From NCBI RefSeq assembly GCF_052425735.1, contig NC_135760.1, forward strand, positions 14,942,001 to 15,006,000: DNA of 64,000 nucleotides, in the 5' to 3' direction. This DNA is from Oculina patagonica. Lineage: Eukaryota. The notes under the pieces are model-generated. The model was not told the DNA's origin, did not search any database, and worked only from the letters and a program-made list of their open reading frames with translations. The position numbers were made by a program, and so were the translations under genes. Below are positions 14,901 through 26,900 of this stretch, piece by piece (the first letter of the stretch is position 1; each line of letters begins with the position of its first letter).

Positions 14901-17900
14901 TGGTCCAACAAAACCTGGAGCTGCCACGCCAACAACTGGAAAACCATGTATCACGATTCCACCAGGTGACCTGATGATAAAGCTTATAGCAAAGTGAAAG
15001 CTTGCTATCTATCATTTGATTGTATCGTGTTTATATTATAAGCATGTAATAAAACTTGCCACTAACTGTAGCAGTCTATTGTTTCTGCTGTTCTTAAGAT
15101 ATTCTCCTTGCCTAACAAGTATTATTGTTGCTTGTCAGTCTTAACTGCCAGGGTCCCATTACCTGTTACTAGGAAATTTCAGCAAACCATTGCCTTTTCA
15201 ACCTTGTCTTTTAAATTTGGAAAGTAGCATAGTTGTTTACGCACATCAGTAATATATTCTCATAATCATTATTTTAAGAACTGCTGTCGTTTTATGATTA
15301 AGGTTTTACCGTTGTAAGGAAACCAACAACTGTTCCCACGCGGCCAACTGGACCATCAGGACCCACTAAAAGGCCTGCTGCTACAACCTCACCCAGTAAA
15401 GGTATTGATCTGTTCAATCTTCTGACGAATTTTTTTTGTTTGAGGTGACTTACTTATACCGAGCAGACTTAGCAGAGCCGTGCAATCAAATTCAGTATGT
15501 GTGAGCGTGCACCATACGCCGATAGTGTGAGCAAATCGCTTTGCCAGAAATTTTTCCCCTTGCGTGAGTTTTGAGAGCTACATAAATCCATTGGTTCATG
15601 CTTTTAGCTGTGCACTATCGAGTTATGGTGTAAGCAGGAAATTTGGAAAATACTCAGGAAGTTAAAATATTGCGTTCCAAAGTTTGGCGGTGAAACTTAA
15701 CATATATGGGTTGAAATTAAAGTTAAAGATGCTGAACTCTGATGAAGGTGTAAAGTCACCGAAAATTTAGGTTGTAAAAAAACAGATCGGCTTAAAAAAC
15801 CGTTTCATTTCATAAATGTCCTGCACCGATCGCCATACTGGTTCCTGAGTTTTAAAAAATTAATATAGTATAAATATGTATTTAAATGTACTGTAGACAT
15901 CTCGAAGGGTACTAAACAATTTTTCTCTTATTCTGAACACAGTGTGCAAAGCAAAGATGGATATTGCATTCGTGATCGACACAGGCAGTGGTGTCAAGAA
16001 AATCTTCAGCGGTATAAAGAAATTCTTCCTAGAACTGGTCGACTCCTTTACCATTTCAAGCCAGAACGTCCGGGTTGGTTTGATTGAGGACTCATACCGT
16101 CCTCAAGTCAAGTTTAGCTTCGGTCAGTACAACAGTCCTAGACAGATTAAACGCGTTGTTCAACTGTTACAGCCAAAAGGCGGAGCTAGACGGACAGGAA
16201 AGGCATTAAAACTCGCATCAAAACGCCTCTTTCCCGCCAGCAAGGGAAAGAAAACGTTAATTGTACTGACCGCGGGAAAATCTTTCGACCCAGTGCTTGG
16301 TCCGGTACAACAGCTAGCTGCTATGGGAGTCGATATCTTCAGTGTTGGCGTGGGGCCTGGTGCTAGTCGCAGTGAGGTTCTTACTGTGGCTAAAGATCCT
16401 CAGCACGCGTACGAGACAAACTTCAAAGGCCTGGGGACTATAGTGAAACGAGTTAAGGACAAAGCATGCGCAGGTTTGTTCATCTTCAATGGTATTGTGA
16501 TAATGTTAAAGTGGAAAATCAGACAACGCAACTTAGCTTCACTATATTAAAATTCATTACCCTTAATCTCAATAAACGTACATTAACTGCACTGTCCAAC
16601 AGAGACAAACACAAATTTAAGCATACTAAAATCAGTCAATCAGAATGTGTAATGGCCGGTCCCCGGCATGACTTCTACGTTTTGGAATGGGTGAAGTTTT
16701 CTTAACTGTTTAGACACTGTTATGGCTAAAAATTTAACTATTTAAAACATTTTTTAAATTTGATTTCATCATTATCTTTTTGCTGTTTTGAGCTGTATCA
16801 CCGAAGTTCTGAAATAAATCTCTCGTCGAAAAAGCTTGTCCTGGGTACTTCTCTATTATAAACCACTTCGCATTTTGTGGTATTTTTATGATTAAATATC
16901 ACGCTCAGAAAACTTCATATTATGTTAAGTTCTGTCTTTTATACTAAATTGACCCTTTTTATTTTTATCACAGAGGCAGGAGGCAGTCCACAGAGACCGA
17001 AAAAGCCAACTAAACGGCCAAGTAAGTAATTAACAAATGTAATTAATATGAAATTAAAAAAAAGTTTTAATAAATTAATTTCATTAATACCCTAAAATGT
17101 AGCGTACTGTTAGTATGTTACAACTAGCATCTCGGGACTACTAGCACGAAACGACTTTACGTAATTTTCTGTCAGTTCAGCAAGATCAAAAGAGAATCAT
17201 TGGGACGCCAAAAGACAATTTGATGTCAAATTTTCGCCGACATTTAAAATCCACTGACTGCGAAACACATCGTCTTTGCCAATTAGTTATTTTAACCCTA
17301 CTGGCAGCATGCAATTTCATCCCTTATTTACATCGTGTTGCTAATTGTAAACATCTGTTCTCAAACCAGAACCACCGAAAGCTGTAGCCATCTTCCCTCT
17401 AAACAAACGAGCTCGGGGTAAAGACATCGGTCCCTTGAAAAACAGCCCAGGAATTCTGTACAATGTTCGACCCGCCCCAGGACCAAACGGCCAACCTGGT
17501 GGAGCTGTCAAGTTCCCTAAATACAAGACAGGCTACGTTGAGTTCCCCAACAGAGGAAAACTGGATACTAAAAATTCCATAACCGTGATCGCCTGGGTAA
17601 AGCCGGACGGACCGGGAAAAATCGTCGAGTACAAGCCAAGAGGTGTGACGTTTGGCATTCGTTCGCCGGATACTCTGTATGTTCGTTTTACTCGCCGAAA
17701 CGGACGGCCAACCAAAACTGTCAAAACAAGGCGACGAGGAGTAACTCTTCGAAAGTGGAATTACATCGCAGTTACGTACGATCAGCGGACCGGGACTGGA
17801 ACCATTTGGCGAAATTCTCGCCCCGTTGCCTTCCAAAAACTTGGTTGGATTAGACTGGCCACAAAGAATGCGCTGAGACTGGGCGGGGCTACTCGCGGCC

Positions 17901-20900
17901 GGCGTCCATTCAAAGGCAGTATCACGTGTCTTCAGGTCTACAGCGATGCTTTGACTGGACCTCAGATCAAGAACGTACAGAACGTCTGCTTCAGACCAGG
18001 TAATAATAATCATGTTGAACCTGAATCTTACTCACAGCATGGTAGACTAGATCGATGGGAGAATTGCTTTTTATCTGAAGTCTCATAAGCCAAACCTTTA
18101 ATATCCTCCTATCTGGTTATGTACTACAAAAAGAACATTTTATTTCTACGTTTAACTGACGGTAACATCATGGGAAGTAAGGCATCAAAATAACTTCAAG
18201 GAGTTATTTACAAAAAGGCAATTTTTACGGAAGCATAATAAGAAAACTCACAAGACAGTTAGATACATAGAGTTCAGTCGCATATATTAGTTGCTGTAAA
18301 TTGAGAAGCTAGTTTCTCTTTATATCCAGAGTTCTTGGCTACAATTTACCAAGGTCGGGTGTATTGTTAATTTTGCTTAATCAACAGACTTGGACCATCC
18401 TTAAAATATTACGAAATCGATCGTGGGTAAAAAAAAAATTGACTGTTTTATTGGTAAAGATATAAACTAAGACAACTTTGTTCTGCATGGTTTGAAGTTT
18501 AGCTGACGAGGCTCTTGTATTTTCAGGTCAACCGACTCCCACACGTCCTCCTACACGCCCTGCTCCAGGTAAGATGAAAGCTTAACTCCGTTCTAAATAT
18601 AGCACTTAAAGATTACTTACAAAACGTTTCACTGCCAATACGGTCAAGAACTAACATTGCAGTCAGACTATGCTTTTAAAGATAAAGTATGTAATTAACC
18701 ACAGGCCGCGCGGAGATTTTGTCATGACTTAAAACAATACGACAATAGCTGAAAGTCAAGGTAAAATATTTTGGTAATTTGAATACTTTTCCTATTTGCA
18801 CCCGATAAGGAAAGGTACCATAGAAATCACAACAGATATTCGACACGTCTAAATATTTTTTTTGACCAGCGTTTAACTGAGTATCGGGGTGATTTTAAAA
18901 ACAATTTTATGTTGTATTTTCCCAGCGTTACCGCCTGCAATGGCATTCTTCCCGCTAACATCCAAATATGGTCCACGAGACATAAGTCCCACCAAAAACC
19001 TCCCAGGAAAAATCGTTGGCGCATTACCAGACAAAGGACCCGACGGCCAACCAGGCAACTCGTTCAAGTTCCGAGGTCGTCCCGACAGCTTCATCGAGTT
19101 TCCGAACAACGGCCGACTAGATACGAAGGATTCTATAACGATTCTTGCGTATGTCAATCCTGAATCGGCTGGACCCATCTTCAACTACAATCCAAAAGGA
19201 TTCGGAATGCATTTCTGGATGGTTCGTCCCAACGTTCTGTTCGCTCGCTTTGTGAAAAGGTCCAAAAAATTCACAAGGCCCGTAGCTACGAACAGAGTTA
19301 AGCCAAGAACCTGGAATTGGGTGGCGGCTACATACGATAAGAACACCGGATACGCGCGACTGTACGTGGATTCCAGAATATCAGCTGAGAGAAACATTGG
19401 CAGAATAAAACTTGCTACTAACTACCCTGTGAGGATGGGCGCGCGCATTGGAGACAGGAGATTTTTCCGCGGGAAAATCACGTGCGTTCAGGTGTACAAC
19501 GTGGCGCTGACGAGCCGACAGATCCGTGCTGCTAGAAAGAATTGCTTCAGACCAGGTTTGTTAAGTTAAACTAATGACATCTTTTTTATCTCGTTTGCCC
19601 TTACATATTTAAAAAGTTTGTAAAAATTGGTGTTTAATTTTGGGTGGTATAATTCTACTCGAATTCTATTACATTCTATTACAAGTGGAATGTTATCGTT
19701 CATCATACAATTTTAACTAATAGGAATTCATCGTTCGTTTGAAAAGTTTTCCAATCTTTTTTAAAAGGAATGTATTGATTTATATTCAAGTTATTTTAAA
19801 TGGGTTAATCATGCGTAAAAAAATTTAATATCATTTTGAATAAAACAGAAAAAATGAAAAAAAAAATGAAAAAATGAAAAAACTCTTTAGCGACCCCTGT
19901 GGCTTCAGCTAATCATGTGACTAAATTATTACTATGCCTACCCTGTTTTAGGAAGAAGCACGCCAACCAAACCAGTGCCAGCTCCTACCAAGCCCACTCC
20001 TGGTAAGTCTTTTCCCCTATGCTTCTATTGCTTGTTCAGTTATATGCAAATAACTCTTAGCAATCAAAAAGCAACATGATTTTCGCTACAAAGGGAAGTC
20101 TTTGAGTACTTCTTCTAGATGATGTTCATCAAAAGCAATTAATTTTTTTTGTTTTTCTTTTCATTTCGAACAGCTATCCGTAACTTGGTAGCCGTGTACC
20201 CACTAGACGCTACTTCCGGTGCACGTGACATAAGCCCAACCAAAAACCTCCCAGGGAAACTTTCGGGTGTAAGCATCGTCCCAGGCCCCGACAGACAGCC
20301 GAACACTGCGCTGCGATTCTCAGGCAGTCCTAGCAGTTACATTGAGTTTCCAAACAATGGGAGACTGGACACCAGACGTTCGATCACAATCTTGACGTGG
20401 TTGTTCAATGAAGGGAGGGGTGGACCAGTATTCGAGTACAACCCCAAGGGTCAAGGAGTTGGATTGAGGATCAAGGGCGCGAATAAACTTGAAGCGCGCA
20501 TTATCAGTCGAAGAAGAACAAAAAATATCCCTGTTACTACCCCAAAGAAGGTCTTCAAGCCCAGAACCTGGACGTACGTTGGCTTCACTTATGACTACAC
20601 CTCTGGCATTGTGACGGTTTATGTAAATGCAAAGCCAGTCGTTAAAAGGGTTGTTGGTCGAGTTGAGCTTCTTACAAACAAACCGGCGCGATCTGGATCC
20701 AAAAAGCGTGGAATTCGATTCTTCCGTGGGCGCTTGTCGTGTATACAGGTTTATAGCAGGGCCTTGACTGTTAGTGAGATCATAACTGCGAGGACAAGAT
20801 GCTTCAAAGGAGGTATGGTGCTCCTAATAGTCTGCTATCACTTTTCACGAATTCATCTCCTCATCCAAAAGGCTGGTGGGCTCTTTCTGAGTTAAAGGTT

Positions 20901-23900
20901 TCAAAATGAGGCCTGAGACACCTCTCCATGAACATTAACACGCTATACATGAAAGGTTTTCCATCGGGTCGAGTTTTAAGACAGAGGACTTGTTATCAAG
21001 TTTATACTGAGTTTGTAATGTTGTGTTCTTGAGCTTATATCGTCTCAACTTGGCATTTGATCAGTGCTAAATGTTAAAAAATGTCTTGATATTTTTCATA
21101 CATTGACTACTACAGAGCAAACTCTTTTTTTAAGGTCAAACTTTTTGATGAATCGCCGTTTTTGAATGAAAAATAATTTGTTTCGATTCTCGTGATTCTG
21201 AAAGAATATTTGCAATTTTAACTGCAAAATTATCTATAAACAAAAGAACGAAGTGAAGGAGGGAAGGAAAAAAGGAAGGAAGGAAGGGAGGTAGGGAGGG
21301 AGGTAGGGAGGGAGGGAGGGGGAGGGAGGGAGGATGGGACGAAGGGAGAGAGGGACGAAGGAAGGGAGAAAGAAAAATATAAAATTTGGATAAATGCCTT
21401 TGAATAAAATTGTGCTTTTGACTTAACAAATCCACATTTTGCGTTCTTCTTGCAGGTGTAACACCTCCAGGAACACCTTCGACGGGTAAGTTGCAACAGA
21501 TTATCACCATCACGACTAGGTGTCCGTTGTTTAATGATATTTATCAATTATAACTCTGTGTTCTTAATTTTAGCTAACCCAGAGCCAGTGGCTACCTACC
21601 CGCTCAGTGGTGTTCTCCAAGGACGAGACATTTCTCCAAATAAGAACCCGCGAGCCAGACTTCGCAAGGTGCGGCCAGACACCGGACCGGATGGTCTACC
21701 CTCGGGCGCCATAAAGTTCACTGGTCGCAGGAACAGCTATGTGACATTCCCAAACTATGGAAAAATCGATACAGTGAACGAAATAACAATTACAGTGTGG
21801 GTGAAACCGAAAAGCGCTGGACCAATCTTTCATTACAAGCCCAAGACCTGGGGTGGAGTCCACGTCTGGGTGGTGGGACGACCTGGCCAACGCAAATTTT
21901 TCGTCCGATTCTCCACCCGCTCTGGCAAGACTGTGAAAGCGATAAGGAGCAGTAATATTAAGATGGGACGATGGAACTACCTGGCGGTTACTTATGATAA
22001 AAAGAAGGGAGTTGGAACCATCTGGAGAAATGGTTTCCCTGTGGCTCAGGCAAGTCACCAAACACGGCAAAAATTTTTCACTGTGCTCTCTAAATTTGCG
22101 TGGGACATTTTGACGGATAACTCAAGTACGGAATACCGTACAGACCTGAGACTTGGACACGTTAAATATCTACTAATGTTTTACAACGTGTAATATCGCG
22201 GCTTGACTCAATAGTTTTCTTTTTTAGTCATCATCGTTTTCCAGAGCTTTGGAAAAAGCATTGTTCTCTATTCCCTTAAAAGTGTTTCTGCAATAATTTT
22301 GCTAGCAACTTAAATTGCAGTATTAAAATTCTTTTGCTACCTCGCTGTTTCTCTAAGACTCTCTTTGACGTATTATTTCTTGATTCGGCCTGTGGTTGGC
22401 TCCAAAGCTGTGTTTGCGTAAAAAACGATCGATTGACAACCCGTGAAGAGGGTTCAGGAGAGCCCTCCTTCGTTTCCATTTTCGTCCTTGCATTTTTCCC
22501 TTTTCCGCAAACTTGCAGCTTGGATCAGATTAGTGCCTAGTAATAATGAGTCCGTGTAACTAATGTGAATGTTTTTTATTCAATTAGCGGCGTGTTGGAA
22601 GTTATAAACTTGCCACCAACTACCCCGCTGTCATGGGACGCAAGCCAAATGATAGACGGATCTTCAAAGGAAGTATTTCTTGTTTACAAATCTTCAAAAA
22701 AGCTTTAATTGGGCCTCAAATCCGAGCACAGAAGAGGAAATGCTTCAGGCGAAGTAAGAATTGTTAGCTTGTCTTTTATATTTTTTTTATATGACTTAAA
22801 ACTTGGTCAACAAACACAGACAAATTAACAGACATGAAAAAACAGGCAAACCCAGCTTACAAAAAGAATGAGTTACAAATATATTATAAGCAACATGCTC
22901 TCGACATAAAAGATGATAAGCGATTGGAGAAGATTTTAACAAAATAGATACTTTTGTTACAAAGCAATAATATTTATTTGTTCCGAAAACTTAACTAGAT
23001 TAAGTTCTGGTTCCCAATGAAACATTGGACAGCAAATGTCTCCGCAAACGTTCGTGATATTTTGCTTTCGTTATAACTTCAGTTACTGAATACTGACTCT
23101 AATGTTCTTTATCTCTCCTCTTAGAACCGAATCCGAAACCACCAAAGCCTAAACCAGGTATGTTGTTGTATGAATGTACGTCCAATGTCGTTCGAATCGA
23201 TACCTAGTTGTTAGGCGCCGGCCAGAGGTCTGGGATCAATATTGGACACTTTACCCTCATAGTGCCTCTCCCCACCCTATTGTGTAAATAAAACTTTAGG
23301 AATTGTTGGGGTTGACGAGATACTGGGAGTAAGTCAGTTATGGGCTAAAATGTTGCTTGAATTCGTTACTACTCGAATGTCAAAGCAGTTGTCAAAAGTA
23401 TACAGTTTAGACGTCATCATACCAGCCTTTTCATAGAAATATTCACGAAGAGGAATCGTAGCATTATTCCTCCCTTTCTCAAAAAGGTGCACAAAAAATA
23501 TCTCAGTTCCTTGCTGCTTACATTCTGCTTTACAGTTGGCTGCTTTGTAGGCGAACGATATTAAACTTTAATGTTTGAAAAAAACAAAAATTGAGATACA
23601 TAAACAATGAAATAACAGCCAAAACCAAAAAAGTCTAAAACAGGCTTCCGCTCATGAAGCGTGACAGTTTCGTCAGCTATGAATTATTATTGACTTGTTT
23701 TACTTGGGCATATTTTGATGTTAATTTGTTTTAATATGTTTATTACTTTACAGCTCAACCAATGCTCATGGGACTTTATCCGTTTGACCCAATCAGTAAG
23801 GGCCGAGATAGAAGCCCTAACAAGGCACCTAAAGCCCTGTTCAATAATGTCCGCTTGACGCAAGGACCGGATGGTCGACCAAACTCCGCCGTCAAACTGC

Positions 23901-26900
23901 TTGGTCTTCCAAACAGCTACGTTGAAATTCCGAACAACGGCAAGCTACGTACATCAAACGCCATCTCCATGTTCGCTTGGATTAAACCCGAAGGACCCGC
24001 AGGTCCGATCATTAACTACAACAGAGGGCCTGCTTGGGAGACCCATCTATGGATCACAAACCCCAAAACGCTATTTGTTCGTTACGTGAAGGTAGGCGGT
24101 GCCCCTACTCCTCCAGTTACCAAGGCAACTCTAAAACAAAAGGCGTGGAACTTTGTCGGTACGACATACGATGGAATATATGCGACGTTGTGGGTGAATG
24201 GCAAAAAAGTGGCCTCGCGGAAGATCGGAAGTATTCGGCTGTCAACGATTGGACCGATTAGGATCGGAGCTAAGATCGGCGATGCTCGTAACTTCAAGGG
24301 AGCCGTCGCCTGCGTACAGCTTTATCGAGTGGCTTTACAGAAGAAACAAATACAGAGAGCAATGAAACGATGTATTAGACGTGAGTACCGTATTTCAATC
24401 GATGAGTCGTAATTAAGGAATGTTAACAAGAAGTAGAGTACATTAAACAAAATGTTTTGCTTGGAATTTGTCACCTTAGAGCAGTTTTCAATTGAGTGTC
24501 GTAAAACCAAAACCAAAGTAATTACTCTGGCCAATCACAAAGGACACAGACAATCCAGTGAACCAATCAAAACGCGAAGCAAATACATGTAGCTGGTACG
24601 AAGCGCGGGAAAACGTGCGCACGCGAGTCACGATTGGTTTTGGTTTTAGTTCTGATTGGCTGAGAAAGTGGCGCGAAATTTTTAAACAAATCACTAAGCG
24701 TAGAAATGCAAAACCAAAGCAAACGAAATTAACTTTCAACACTCAAGTGAAAACCGCTCTAATACAAGTTTAATAATTCACTTCTTGCTTACACTCATTT
24801 TTCCCCCTCCCCCTCCCCCATTTCCACCTTATTTATATTGTTAACACTCTAGTTGGTTCATGTTTCCGAAATCTAACGAGTAGTCTTCGAGTAGTCATTG
24901 GTATTCTCTGATCCCTGAGATTTAAAACGACTCAAACGTAGCACTTTTTAAAAGTTGACTAATTGTTATTCTTTTAAACTCAGGTCGTCCGCCTAAACCC
25001 GTGGTACCTCGTACCACTCCACCTCCGCCACCACCAACTCCGGCTCCTTCACGTAAGTTAAAATGTCTTCTTCGTCTTTTTGTGCTAACGGGTTTGACGA
25101 ACAGCAAGTACTGATTAAGCCTTACTGGGCAGTTCAGTCTTATTCCAACGTTCTCGGCCGATTTCTGAAAAATGCAACGGAAAAATGCTGCGAAGCGCAT
25201 TTTTTCAAATCTGTTAGCGCCTTCAGAGTTACTTAAGGTAACGCGCAGGACCCTTGCTCATTAATAAATTCATTAGCCAAATTTCTTGACGGAGTGCTAT
25301 CTTGTAAAGCTTTAATTTGCTAGATTTTGAACATCGATTCCTCTAAAATTTATCAAGGATATTAAGGGATGATGGAATTACATCATGATTGTCCTTTTAC
25401 TGACAGATGACCGTTTACTGTAATGTTACAGGCTCTTAAAAGTTTAACTGCAGATATTGCGATTTTGTGTCCAAGTTTTCAGCTACAATAGCGCACCGAA
25501 TTAGAAGATTATATAAACTAGTGATGAATCATAACCTATTTTGTGTTATGACAAGAACGAAATTTTAGATTTCAAAAACTGCTAGAAGTTATCTGCTTCT
25601 AAGAGAGTAAAAATGTGAAAACTAAACTTTGAAAAGTGCTATCTTCAACTTGAGAACGAAATTTCAAAATTCGCTCTTGTCATAACACAATAGAGTGCAC
25701 CAAGTTCATGTTCCTCGCGAATCAACTCCTGAAATTCTATATCGGCGGAGAAAACTTGGACACAAAATTGCAGGATTTTCCGCTTCCGAAGACCTTTCGA
25801 GTCAATGTTTACAACCGTCTTGTGCTATAGTTCGCAGCTGTGAATCTAATTATGATAATTCGCTTTGTTTAAGCGCACGGTACGCAAAGCGGAGAACAAT
25901 ACCGTCTAATTACTCGTACAAAGAACTTTAAGAAAAACATTCTCATGAATATTTCGTTTGTTGTCGGCTTCAGTCGTCGCAGTTCGTGCATACTCTTTAA
26001 ATAAATACATACATAATGATTTCAAGGGTCCTGCGCGACCTTAATTCACCGAGTTGTTGTAATTGCTTCTCTTCGTTGGGTAGAATGCGTTAAACTTCAT
26101 TTCAGTGAGGAATGATTTTGACTAAACAACTAGCTAATCAATTGTGCGGTATGTTAAAGGAGGTTACTAGATAAATCTAAGATGAGAGACAAAACGAAGG
26201 AGGACAAGTAGATCAATATACAATACATAGGAATATTTTGGACAGTCTCCACCCAGGCTTAGCGGGCTATTATTCAACATTATTTTTTTCCAGAAAAGCG
26301 CGAAGCGCTAGACACTCAAGGGGGTTAGGGTAAAATATGATCTGCCTCTCACTGGCACATGGTGAGCGTCTGGTATTTCGCGCTTAACCGCAAAGATCAA
26401 GCACAATAATCCCAAAATCTGTTTTTACATTACATAGAGGGTCTGGATGGGGGGGGGGGGGGGTACAAAATGTCAGTTGTCATTTAAAATTGTGGCCATT
26501 TATCAGTTGTCAGTTAACCCTATCCAGACCCTCTACATAGACCGTTTAAACAAGATCACGTGGGTGATCACGTGCTCGATCTGCTATTGTAGTCAATAAT
26601 TAAATGCAATTCGAGTGTCCGCATTCGTGTGTGCAGCCCGGCTAGCTCAGTCGGTAGAGCATGAGACTCTTAATCTCAGGGTCGTGGGTTCGAGCCCCAC
26701 GTTGGGCGCAATTTTTTTTGAAATAAACAGGAGAACCTTTTTATTATTGCACTTTTATCGTATTATTTTTATATTTTTCCACAGTACCTCCCAAAACAGT
26801 TGTTATGTACCCATTTAACAAGCGGTACAGAGGAATTGAAAAACTTGGAAGGAATCCGCCCGCCTTCTTGAGTAGAGTACGACTGGCGCCTGGGCCCGAC

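Noticed and set aside
4397-14954. Minus-strand (GPP)n collagen-like ORFs
   Set aside because: They are the reverse complement of GGN-GGN-CCN. Splice signals bound the blocks only on the + strand, the spacers read as sensible PTK linkers on +, and all flanking domains are on +.
4486-14965. CRISPR-like repeat/spacer array
   Set aside because: The repeats are degenerate at third codon positions and are protein-coding, not identical DNA repeats; no cas genes are present.
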